Shown here: positions 1 through 11,197 of the stretch, piece by piece
Layout of the letters: the number at the start of each line of letters is the position of its first letter
How positions within the stretch are numbered: position 1 is the first letter of the stretch
Source of the DNA: Paraglomus brasilianum
Lineage: Eukaryota
Direction of reading: 5' to 3'
NCBI GenBank assembly: GCA_910592345.1
Contig: CAJVPI010000029.1
Location: forward strand, 56,753-76,752
Length of the DNA: 20,000 nt
Made by a program: the position numbers and the translations under genes
Notes under the pieces: generated by a model
Seen by the model: only the letters and a program-made list of their open reading frames with translations
Databases searched by the model: none
What the model was told of the DNA's origin: nothing

Positions 1-3000
1 AAACCCCTTACCAGAGCAACTAACGTTCTAACAGTTGTGACATATTTATGATGTCAGGCATTTAATAGCTATTAAATATTGTTTATAGTAGATGTTAATT
101 TCTTTTGTTCAATCAATCCAACCCCATAATATGGTGTCACAGTTGTTAACCCCCCGAAATCACGATTTGTTTACATATTAATATGGGTTAACGAAACGTA
201 CAATACGCATAATATATTAACCGCGCATTTGCAGTGTCCAATGCGCAGTCCCTGGATTCGCACATACATATTGTATTGGTATTGGTATACACCAACACAC
301 TAACACTAACACACTAACACATGTTATCGGTGTACATTCGGCCGTCATTGCGTATATTTGAACAATGGAACAGACAATACGAAGGGGGTAATAGTCAATC
401 ACATGAGAGTGCTACACAGAGAATGGGGTAAGCAGTGTCAATAAACCATTTACAATCGTATACAACCGTTCATTGTATTGCGTATGTTTTTGCAGATGAG
501 AGTAACCGATGCCAGTATGTGCGATAATAATAATAAATTCAATGAATTCTTATCATCCGGATCTGGAATCGGGTGATGTACGCATCTATTAATATTATTT
601 GTCAAGGGCTGGGTTGTTGCCTTGCCTTGCATAAACATAAAAAACTGGCTGTTTTTATAGCCTCATTCACGGTTCATTCGGGTTAGCATAATCTTCGCCC
701 CGGGGCTGTGTGTATCGGCTATTAATAGACGCTAACACGCATTTTTATACGTTGATATAGTATTCGCTTTACGTTGGTTTTTGCGTTTAAAAAAGGACAT
801 GCCTAGCCGTTGGGAAAATGGCTGGTGTTTGTTGTTGTCAATATGGTTGGTTCACTGACTCACGTAAGCAATGGGATTTACACTAAATGAGCTGTCCAAT
901 GCGTATTACAATGGATCGAGTAAAATCGGCCTTTGCGAATCGGGACTATTTATTATATAACACAAGATACACAATAAAGTTACAATCACATATACACACG
1001 AATCGAAAGCATCATCCAGGCACAACCGATATTCTTATAGTGTTTGTTATCGATTCCATGCGATGACGGTATTTCCCGCTTTATATTAAAACCAGTGCTC
1101 CACAAAAGTCTTCATTCAAACAAGTATGTGTTATATTTTAATTCATTAAATCTTAAATTTAAGTTGACCAATTCAATATAATCGTCCCGCGCGCTATCAT
1201 AAATAACAAGTTATTTGTTACCTACCAGTAATTCCCGCTAACTATATTACACACTGTCCTCTTCTAGAAGGGGACCAGTCAACTTGCAGTACGCTATGAA
1301 TGAGATAACCCGAAATTAAGGTTGTCGACCGACCTTTTATGATTACAAATCCCAAACTTGTTTCCCTTGTTTCGTTCACTCGGTCGATAAGATGTCGTCT
1401 ATATATTTTTCCCCCCCTCGAAATGCTGATTTCCATTCGTGCTTGCCCCAAATGGCGCATCCAATATCATCCATTCAATGCGCGATAACCTGCTCGTAAT
1501 TAAATTTTCGCTTTTGTGCACTAGTACTCGCATCATTTCGACATCTCCGTATGGAATGCACTAGAACATACATAATCATACCATAATGCAGCGACTGCAT
1601 ATGTGTAAGACATATACAATTCATTACAGACATTGTGTCTTTACTACATGTTCTCATTTGTTATACTGTCCACCTTAATAAAGACGGAGAGGAAAAAACA
1701 ACCAAGAATTCCCGGGAAAAAGAGATGGCGTATACCATATTGATAGCCACAAGTGGTATGTTGTTGGCCAAGTTTGTTGTCGAAAAGTGTAAGCAAAAGA
1801 TACATCTTGGTAACGATAGTGAAATCAGACGTATCGACATGTGCTACGATTACTTATGCATGTAAGATTCCTATTAATTTATGATAAACTATAATCCCAT
1901 GTCCCATTGTCCAGATGTGGCCTGTTGATCTTAATATGTTTCCCCTTGAGAGGGTATGGTTCGTGAACTATTAGGTGAATGATTAACGAAAAATGTTTTG
2001 TAGTTCAAACAGCATATTATAACCAATTATATCAAATACTCCCCCTGCATTTTTTTTCTTTTACCTATTTCTAGGCTGTAACCTCGGGGGGATACCCGTT
2101 ATGGGATTTTATGCTCCCAAACATGATGGTAATAAAGTCGACGTAACTTGTATCTGGGTTCTAGGCTAGTCATTCTCACTTTCTCACTCTCACTCTCTCA
2201 CTCTTTTTTTTTTTTTTTTCGCACAGCAGTGGTTACACAATTGCTACGTGATACTAAGGGAGGGCTCTGATTGGCGTGGTATAGTAGATACCATTCCTGT
2301 CGATATTTCATGCATCTCGCAGAATGTCTTACATGAAGATTGTAAGTGAAAAATTGTAATACAAACGAAAGGTTTTTAGTTCCGAAATTGAACCTTAAGT
2401 TTACGTAAGCAGATAGAAAGGGAAATTACCTTCTTAATTTTTCTTACCTGTCAAAAAAACTTAATGATCATACGATTTGTCGATTAGCCTAAAAAAGTTT
2501 ACGAACTAAAAAGTCAAGTAGTATTTTATTTGTTTATGACATAAAGTTTAGGTGGCGACGAATAACCGTTGTGCACTGCTCACGATCACGCCACTCGGGT
2601 AGTTTTAAGAGTGGTTTTGATGTATTCCAAGTATTCCTCAATTACCTGTCTTTTCACGTGTACAAGATCGTAGTACAGTCAGTTATTTATTTGCTATTTT
2701 CCTCTATCTTTTAACAAGAAGGTCTGTTACCCACCCCGGCACCAAAATGCCATCCCGCCTGTCATCCATAATTGAGACAACAATGCTACCTAATCGGGCA
2801 AGCACCGAGCCATTCCAGACGAGGGGTTAGTTAATATTTTCCCAGCCTGACTGGAGGGATTTCAATCAATTAATATTTATTTATTTGGTAACCATACGAA
2901 TTCTATGTTAACGACAGGAATGCAGGTGCTCGAATATCACTGCATACTCAACAAATGATTATAATAAAAAACAATGTGTGTTGGTCACAAAAAAGCAGAT

Positions 3001-3842
3001 ATGTGATTGTATTACTATATATCGACATAAAATATATACGCAGTATTATACTTGTGTATAATTAACAGATTTCATGATTCAATTACTTTTTATGTGCTTG
3101 TACTGACCCGGTTTTGATATTAATACTTTACAACTATTGGTATCCTGTTATACCATTTATTATAAATACAACTTCATTCTGGAACATTTGCATGCTCATG
3201 AGTAATGATGCCGATCATCCAGGCATTGACCTTTAATGAACATGCAAACTTACACTAGAAGATACGAACAAACACTGTGGATCCCAACAACTACGTTATT
3301 TCCGTTCTATTGTATTCACATGTTATTTGCTGTGGATAGCCGCAGATAGCCCCCATCAACCTCGAATCATTACATCTTACGTCAAACTTCTATTCTTAAT
3401 CCAACCATACATCATTCCTTTTACGACACCTACAGCCACATCCACACCCCGTCCCCCCTCTCTGCCCACATACCCTTCATCACACAAAGTACAATTCTGT
3501 AAATCGCGGGTTTCAACATTTATATGCATATATGCACTACTCACAACAATACATTCGAATTCACATTCAACGCCCATTATAGTAGTAGTTATTCCTGTAT
3601 ATATGTATTGATACTTTATACTACAAATACGGTATCTGAAAACATATAAATTGCGCTCACCCGGGAGTATCATCTACCTTGGTATCCGACTTAATACTCT
3701 CCAACAACCGATACGGTTGACGCTACGACGATTTACAAAATTTGTGCATATCTATTCTTCCTATCGAACAAACCCAAAAATTCATCATTCGCTCAACACA
3801 TCTACTTTTTTGACATTGCTCTTTCGCCCTCAATCCCATACA

Positions 3843-4163
3843 ATGACTTCTACTTCGACTCCATCATCCAAACAACCACTTCCTCGACAACGAAAGAATA
3901 CTCTTAGTATTATCATTCACGCCACAATGCAGCTCCTCTCGTCCCCACCCTCTTCCCCTACTGACTCCACTGTCAATGGAGCTATTCTCTCACAATCATC
4001 ATTTTCATCCACTTCACGTGACGACTCATCAGAATACTTTTCATTCCCAGACTATGAAGCTTATATTAAGGATGTGGAAGAGACCGAAAAGATGGTTGTA
4101 CAGATGGAAGAGTTTGACGAAATGGTTGTCAACGGAGTTAGAATACGCTCACCAAAGAATTAA
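3843..4163 (+). CDS. Small intronless Ser/Pro/Thr-rich hypothetical protein (106 aa) with acidic C-terminal half
   Basis: ATG at 3843 (ACAATGA context) after a pyrimidine-rich leader, TAA at 4161-4163, protein-like composition (MTSTSTPSSKQPLPRQRKNTLSIIIHATMQLLSSPPSSP...SEYFSFPDYEAY...). TATAAA at 3645-3650 upstream. The ORF-track extension to 3651 starts at TTG and is probably 5' UTR. Confidence 0.6.
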   Translation: MTSTSTPSSKQPLPRQRKNTLSIIIHATMQLLSSPPSSPTDSTVNGAILSQSSFSSTSRDDSSEYFSFPDYEAYIKDVEETEKMVVQMEEFDEMVVNGVRIRSPKN

Positions 4164-7061
4164 AAAAAAAAAAAGTAGAAACCTTCAAAAGTATGGAATA
4201 TAATAGATGTGATATGATGACAAGTGGCATAAATGGAGATGTTTAATAATAGAATTGTTATCGCATGTTCAATGTTTGGATCTATTAATCGGATGGTTGA
4301 AAAAAACAAAACGGAAATCGACATATTCTTTCGTAAAATCGACATACAAATGAACACTTAATTAAATGGAAAAGGCTTGAGAAGCTTCTTTTAGCAACGA
4401 CAATACATTATTATATGAACTTGGCCACTTATTACACAGTGGACCATGCTATGGTTTATTTTTATATGCTCTAATAGGATGTATATTATATTACTGTATC
4501 TTCTCTTTATATTACTATTTTAAAAATTGTTCCACAATCTATCGATCTCTTTTTACATTTGGAAAGGGGAAGAAAACCCAACAAAACTGTTTATGAATAA
4601 TTAATTTCAAAAGTTACGACATTTCGAGTACAGACGAGCATAAAAAAACGTTATTTACTAAATAGGATAAACGACAACTCTTTTCCTTTTTTCTGTAATC
4701 TTTTTTTTTTGCTCTCCCCCGTCGTCAGTATTATGCTTTTTTTTCGTACTGCTCATCCGCAATGTTTGGTTAATTTCATGTATCCCCTTCGACGCTTACT
4801 TCTCTGATCCCAGGAAAGGGAAAGTTTTTGTATTATCTATAGTTTAGAGCACCACTTTTTCTTCGTGGATATGAATTGCTTTTTCGAGACGAGACTGGAT
4901 GAAAGTGAACTATATTTCAAAGTTACGTCTATTTGTTTGAAGTAGAAATTCTCTTTGTTATGACCAATTCTTATATCGTAAGAGCAAACGACTATTCACC
5001 CATCGATTCGATTTTTTATTCGCTTAGTTATACAACAAACTTTCCTTATTCTTTTTTGCATCAGAGACGTAAAAATTGTTTATTTATATTACTTGTAAAT
5101 ATTGTTTATATTCGTCTTTTTTTTTTTCTTTGCTAAAAAAATTATCTTCTTTAGTCAATTAATTTCTTCGTCTTTTTTTTTATACGCAATTTTCTTTTGG
5201 GAATGGAAGAAACAAATGCGCTAAGTTTATGTTTTTATTTCGCCGAAAATTACTTGCTCATACTTTGTTGTTTTTCGAGACTGAACGAAACGTTTTAGTT
5301 CTTTTTCTTTTGCTTCTCTTTATTATATCGAATTCATTTTGACAATTTTTTTTATTATCTATTAAAAACTCGATACATTTCCGTTCGTCTTTATTTTGTT
5401 TTGCGAGACAAATATTCGAATTTATCTTTTGTCATGTAAAAGAAATAAATAGTAAACTATATGAACAGAAATCGTTATGCGCGATAATGATGCTGAAGCC
5501 ATAGACAAGCATGTTTTATGCTGGCTTGGAACCGCCAACTTTCATAGCTGCTTTACTATTTGCAACGAACTAGTTGTTTGTTTAAACGTTATGCAAACAG
5601 ATTTCTCAAACGTCGGATGGAAAACTTTGCTCGCTATTGCAGATTTGGTTTCTTTCCGCAAGATAAAGGAAAGGAACGGCACGGCAACATAGCTACACTT
5701 ATCAAAATCATAACTTTCAATACGAAATCCATCTTGCAAGATAATCAGGTACATTACAAAAGTTTCACTGCGAGGTGGTTGATGTGAGTGTTCGTGAGAA
5801 CTATATATTGATTTTACTTGCGCCCACCATTGGAGCATATTAATATGGTATATTGTTTTTATCACAAAGGGCAATGGCAGTTGAGTACAACTTTAATATA
5901 TTCGGTGTATGTCCATAAAGTCAATTGGCAGATGTTTACTGTTACTGCCTCTGAAGATGTGGTTGCTTTTTCTTCTTCATTTCTTCGTACGTATATCCAT
6001 GCCCAAGGTAAAGGATCCCTATTGCCTGATATTAATCTCGGCAAACATGATAACGCCACCATGTATTCGGGAGTCATAGTCATAGATTTGTTCTACCCGG
6101 CAACAACATGAAAGTCGGTTTATATTCATATTACCTTTATTCTATACCTACACTTAATGCCTGAGAAACTGCTATCAAAGCATAATAATACGTGGTGCAC
6201 AGCGCCTTGCGTCAACGATGTGTTGCAAAAGTTCTGATTTGATATCAGCTTGTTATATAATAATTTTATTTTCCTCCCGGTTTTGAGCTATATTATCAAA
6301 GATGCGTTCAAGTTCCCTTTTTTTATTACATCTCCATTACCATATCATCTATCACTAAATTGGTTATTCCACTAGTAGGTGCTCTCATCAGCTTACTTCC
6401 CTTGACAGATTTGGCAAGTAGGTAAGTTAAAGGGGGGGCAGGTACTCATAAACTCTTGTCAAAAGATTTCTTGTCATATAGCACGATTACTGAAAATCAC
6501 TGTATTGTGTATATGATATCTCAAATCTGATAGCGATAGGGATAGTACCCAGAATTAGTTAATGAAATGACACAATAGTCATCAACTGCGGCGAAATAAT
6601 AAAAACTCAAAGCACAGTAAATAATAAAGGACCCTCTCTGTAAACAAAAGAACGCGTTTTGCTTGCAAGATAACAAGCACTTTCACGAACAGTGATATGC
6701 ATGCCATCAACTTTAAAATTTTGTAATCTGTTGTTGCTGAACCTCAGAAGTTAATTTCCTTTAGTATAGCAAATTAGCATAATTCTAAAAATCAATCATC
6801 AGTAATGAACTAAGAGAAGCCTTTCAAACCAGAACAAGATAGTTTCTTAAAGGCACAAATTAAAGCAATGGATGGTGGATAAAAAAAAACATACTATTGC
6901 TGGGAATTACAATACACATTTATGTCAAGAAACTTATCTTAATATGTCAGGCATTGGTAGAACATACATAGTGGCTCTCTTTATAGAATCAAACAAGTTT
7001 CTACACTATAACGAGATATACACAAAAAAGAAATCTCACTATATAGTGTATTTTAATAATA

Positions 7062-7543
7062 CACTCCCCTAGCATAAATTACCGGATTTCATGAAACTTT
7101 ATTAGTAAAACATATGAAAAGTCTTTCTTTTCAAAAATCTCTCCTGTCCATGTATGCTATGCAAATTACAATAGTTTTTTTATGATTTTGAAGCTAATCG
7201 ATTGCACTTTTTGAAAATAATAACAATAAATTTTATACATTCATCACTATAAAGTTGTAGGTCGATGAAATGAATGTTACGTGCTTTACATATATAATCG
7301 TATATTTTCATATCAAAATTTAAAGACAACCCCTTCAACATGTTACAGCTTTATAACGATAAATGTATAAAATTTTATTGTTATTTTTTCAAAAAGTGCA
7401 ATCAATTAGCTTCAAAGTTATACAAAAACAATTGTCATTTGCATAGCATACATGGGCAGGAGAGATTTTTGAAAAAAAAAAGACTTTTCATATGTTTTAC
7501 TAATAAAGTTTCGTGAAATCCGGTAATTTATGCTAGGGGAGTG
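7062..7543. mobile_element. Tc1/mariner-type MITE (482 bp) with ~200 bp terminal inverted repeats
   Basis: Left arm CACTCCCCTAGCATAAATTACCGGATTTC... (7062 to ~7259) is the near reverse complement of ~7344-7543 (...GAAATCCGGTAATTTATGCTAGGGGAGTG). TA flanks both ends (7060-61, 7544-45). No coding capacity. Confidence 0.92.
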
Positions 7544-7547
7544 TATA

Positions 7548-7862
7548 TCATGTGACATACACTATAGCGAATTGATACCGAAAGTATTGAATAATGCTAG
7601 ACTGGCGCTTGTTTTCAATATTATTTCGAAGAGTTTGATGCTTTAAACTATTTAACGTTTCCATAGTTACAAAATCGACTCTCCCGAGATTATTGTGTTG
7701 TAAATATTTTACCACATTCGCTAATCCTTCCAAAGCATCCTTTACTTTTATCAAGGATTTAGACTCTTCAATATTCTCTGGCTCTTGAGTATCTTCACTG
7801 TTTACGAACTTGACAATTTCCTCATCCGTCATTTGCTCCTCACGAACAACTTGATCATTACT
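7548..7862 (-). pseudogene. C-terminal tail remnant of a pogo/Tigger-like transposase
   Basis: Translation ...VREEQMTDEEIVKFVN...VKDALEGLANVVKYLQHNN...KRQSSIIQYF follows the tail pattern of pogo/Tigger transposases (TDEEI, acidic linker, helix with AL..L..YL, terminal KQxxIxxYF). No DDE core in the fragment. Confidence 0.7.
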
Positions 7863-8009
7863 CTTCCACAGTCAGGGAATCAGCATTTTTTTATCAGTTA
7901 CATACTTTGCCCCAGTCAAGGCAACACGCTTTTTGCCACTTCTATCCCTAGACTGTATAACTCGTCTGAAAGAATACAATACTTTTAATTAACAACATTA
8001 GTACACATA

Positions 8010-8557
8010 CACTACCTAGACATAAGTTTGCGCGGTTTTTTAAAGAATTTTTTATTTCGTCTTAGCTTAATGAAATACTAACATCTTGTTGGCCAACCAT
8101 TATTGGCAATACATGCTTCTATTCGTTAAGGCATACTATCAAGTAATTTGAGGAAGACTCTTCGCGGGATTTTCTCCCATTCTTCTTTTAACTGCACCTC
8201 TAAATTCACAAGATTTCTGGGAGGATCAGAACGGTCGCGCAAACAACGTTCGAGATGATCCCAAAGTGCTCAATCCATTAACATTTTAATTTTTTTTCCC
8301 CAGAAATCCATGCCTTAACATTGTTCGTAAGTTACAGTATCAGATACTTATTGATATCGTTACAGTATCGGACAATTATTAGTACTGTTACTTTATTTAT
8401 AATTTGAATTGTTTTTATCTTATATGGCGTAAACAATAACAAAGACGCGTACACGAGAAACAGAGCTTTCAATTGATACCAAAATCGATTATTTTTGTTA
8501 CGTCAATTTTAATAAAAATGAGAAAAACTGACCGCGCAAACTTATGTCTAGGTAGTG
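8010..8557 (-). mobile_element. Internally deleted Tc1-family element (548 bp) with perfect 27 bp TIRs and transposase C-terminal remnant
   Basis: CACTACCTAGACATAAGTTTGCGCGGT at 8010-8036 and its exact reverse complement at 8531-8557, with TA on both sides. Minus strand ~8078-8322 reads, across frameshifts, VKAWIS...IEHxWDHLERCLRDRSDPPRNLVNLEVQLKEEWEKIPRRVFLKLLDSMP*RIEACIANNGWPTRC, a typical Tc1 transposase C-terminus. Confidence 0.93.
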
Positions 8558-8559
8558 TA

Positions 8560-9013
8560 TGGATCAAACGTGATATTTCCTTTAAATAAATCAACAACTA
8601 TAAATTCTCCGTTAACAGTTTCCTGACAGAAAACCTTCCCAAGTTCAGTGGATCTGAAGGGAACCACCTAATATTGAAAACTCTTTTGAAGTGAGGAGTA
8701 AAATAATTGACAAAGTCGAAATATTTCCACCCATAATCTTTGTAATGGACTGCATTATTACAATGAGCAGACGTTCTAGCTACTTCAGCGACATCATCAA
8801 CAGTATTTATCCTTGACTTTTTGTAGCGAACCTTTAGTAACCCAAAATACCTATCTCAAATAAATTTTGTATGCCCAGGTATCATGAAATTAAGTTCATA
8901 TTGAACATACTGATCAGCAATAGTAGTTTATTCTTATTCTGTCCTCCACAGTTGTCACAGGTAATCTTGAGGCTCTCCTCACCTCTGTTACGTTTAGTAA
9001 GGGTGCCATAAAC
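8560..9013 (-). pseudogene. Sola-like DDD transposase core remnant
   Basis: Minus-strand translation LKITCDNCGGQNKNK...(frameshift)ELNFMIPGHTKFI*DRYFGLLKVRYKKSRINTVDDVAEV...WKYFDF. DNCxGQNKN and GHTxxxxDxxFG are motifs I associate with Sola-type transposases. Contains a stop and frameshifts. Confidence 0.72.
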
Positions 9014-9381
9014 CTACAGGGCACTAAAAATCAATTAGGGAAATACCCAATATTATTCACTAAGATCTTGCTGATTAATGGACGTCTAGTTCACTGAAAG
9101 GGGTACATATGATCTAGATCGAGGCAAGATATATATATACCATAATAATAATTTAAAATCCAAGTTTTAGTCTAAATACCAAAAATGGAATAGCAAAGAG
9201 GCACGAAGTAAATAATTAGGTTAGATGCGGGTCACGAAGCACTGCTCGGGCATCGTGTGATATATGTCTGCGTAAGTTTCACATGCCTGTTTACGACTAT
9301 TATTAACCCTGTCAGGCAGAGCGCCTTTCCTACGGAAAGAACATGAGAAGCGAAGCTCTCGTCTTTGACACTATTACAAAA

Positions 9382-9445
9382 CAGTAAATACTGTTATACA
9401 AGTTGCTCTGGTTATAACGACAGTTGGATAAAACGACAATCTCCC
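9382..9445. mobile_element. Possible orphan left terminus of a pogo-like element
   Basis: Begins CAGTAAA... and carries spaced ATAACGAC / AAAACGAC / ATAATGAC motifs resembling the subterminal motifs of other pogo-type ends in this window. No clean partner end or TA duplication. Confidence 0.35.
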
Positions 9446-9478
9446 AATAATGACCTTTCGTTGAAAACCAAAGACTGT

Positions 9479-10292
9479 AGGTACAGAGGCCGGCTCACAG
9501 CAAATGTAATAAAAAGCTACAAATTGGGGCATTTGAAACCAAAATACCGCTCATTTGCCACAATTTTAGAGGATACGATTCTCATATACTCGTCGAATAT
9601 TTACAGCGGATAGTTAAAGTGTATTCCAGAAAATATAGGTAAGTATAAATGCCGTGGGACGTGGGCCAATTCCGTTTCTCGATAGCTACCAACATATGAC
9701 AATGGGTATTGATAAAGTTTTGGAAAGCTCGAAAAACTTCCTTTATCGGTCAAGCACTTCACTGAAAAGGGGTACAAATAATCTATTAATAATAATAAAG
9801 CGAAAATGCGTATTTCCTTATGATTGGACAAACTCATGGGACAAATTCGAAAGAACGCCGAAAGGATTTTTATTCTATACTTGACCAGCAAAATATTAGC
9901 AAAAAATATGGCAGCAGTTGGTGAATACCATAATCTTTATTTTGAATGCGATGTACTTTTGCTTGCGGACGTTTTCATGAATTATACCGTTATGTGCTTG
10001 AAGTTACTTCAAACGCTTTTACCGAAGAAAAATTATGTAGTACATTATCGAGCAATACATGAAGTATGGATTAAAATTTACAAAAATCCATGGTGCAATT
10101 AAAGTTTAGACAATCTCACATGGCTAATAAGATGAGTTTGGTGTGATGTATTAAAGCTAAAAATAATGCCGTATTTGGAAAACGTTCGCGTTTAGTAAGT
10201 TCACCATTAAAAGTACGGTCACTCTGAATAAGCCGAACAAGCGATTCTTGATATTAGCTATGTTTGATGTATAATTTCTGGTATGGATATAC
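9479..10292 (+). pseudogene. Heavily deleted Polinton/Maverick-type family B DNA polymerase remnant
   Basis: Ordered motifs across frames: RYRG-AHSKCNKKLQI...IPLICHNFRGYDSHIL, FRFLDSYQHM, KRKCVFPYDWTNSWDKFE, GEYHNLYFECDVLLLADVFMNY, KKNYVVHYR, KIHGAI-FRQS, NNAVFGK/ENVR, VTLNKP, FWYGY. The order is colinear with protein-primed polB but compressed to ~0.8 kb by deletions. Confidence 0.88.
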
Positions 10293-10297
10293 TGATT

Positions 10298-11197
10298 TCA
10301 AAGGATATTTTTCATATCTATTATAAATTCATTAAGAGTGTTTGAAACAACCGTTCGAGGATTTACTAAGTCTTGCCAGACGATACTGTTCGTATCGATG
10401 TCATACTTATATATCCTCACCGTGGGTGGATTCGCGATCGGGTCAATTAATATTCCTTCCTAGATAAGCGGAAAAATAGTAATTAATAACAGAAAATTAG
10501 CAATAGCAATAATGCAGTCGTCAATAGTCTACTTTCCTCAACTCCCTCGCCAATCCATCGCAACAATTTCCTATGACAAACTTGAGGTGAATCGCTCATC
10601 GAACGTAATTCCACAACAAAGTTTGGTGCAACTGACGGAAACGCTTGTTGCCTCTGATCGTTTGATAGGACGTTCCATCTGCAAGAATAAATTAGAAGTT
10701 AAAAATAATAATGCAAAATACACAAGTCATCTTACAATAAATAAAGCTCAAACCTGGTACTAAGGACTACTGAAACACCTGGGCTCAGAACGTCACCATT
10801 AGGCAATGTATAGGCTCCCTATAATTAATAAAAGAGACATAATTAGCGCTATTAAAAGGAAAACATAAAAATGATGCTTTTATAACATACCTGTGAACTA
10901 CCAAAATTGTCCAACCAAGTTGTCGTTTGCCAAACACCAGCTATAAACTTGACCAATAATTATTGCTTCTTTTCGACCTAAATATTAAGTATTATGTATA
11001 GTTCTAGCGACATTTTAACTATCAAACGGTTGGTTAGCAAATTACATACTGGTATCGTTGTGGACAGGAGACATTATTTCAAGTCGACCTTCAATTAAAT
11101 TCATTCGATATAAGGTGTCAGGATTTGCTATTGCAGTTTCTTCGAAGACTTTGGTATCACAATTGGGAATGATCAAAGGTGGGATATAGGAAGCCAT
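10298..11197 (-). pseudogene. Uma2-family (PD-(D/E)XK-like putative endonuclease) gene, 5 exons, probably inactivated
   Basis: Exons 11197-11050, 10977-10891, 10818-10754, 10678-10537, 10459-10298. Joined product: MASYIPP...RMNLIEGRLEIMSPVHNDTSRKEAIIIGQVYSWCLANDNLVGQF/GSSQGAYTLPNGDVLSPGVSVVLSTRWNVLSNDQRQQAFPSVAPNFVVELRSMSDSPQVCHRKLLRWIGEGVEEGILIDP...VRIY...FIIDMKNIL*. Donors GTATGT, GTATGT, GTTTGA; acceptors TAG/CAG. Lesions: one extra base near 10903-10906 giving an in-frame TAG, SPG in place of SPD, and a fourth donor reading GAAAGT. Confidence 0.88.

Noticed and set aside
296..320. CACTAA x3 resembling a telomere-variant repeat
   Set aside because: Only three copies and not TTAGGG; an ordinary microsatellite.
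217..3673. Short ORF-track entries in the first 3.7 kb
   Set aside because: Many use non-ATG starts, have low-complexity or atypical composition and show no recognisable domains.
4560..7050. Possible decayed coding sequence (ORFs 5477-5692, 5542-5874, 5818-6111, 5862-6083, 6872-7072)
   Set aside because: I could not recognise any family motif or build a consistent exon chain, so this is left unannotated.
9015..9060. TA-CAGGGCACT... as a Tc1 left TIR
   Set aside because: No matching inverted copy found in the window.
10512..10763. Plus-strand 83 aa ORF
   Set aside because: It is the antisense shadow of Uma2 exon 4 and intron 3.
9479..11197. polB plus Uma2 as an intact novel replication-nuclease system
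   Set aside because: Both are damaged, to very different degrees, and are convergent. A single adjacency in a TE-dense region is not evidence of functional linkage.
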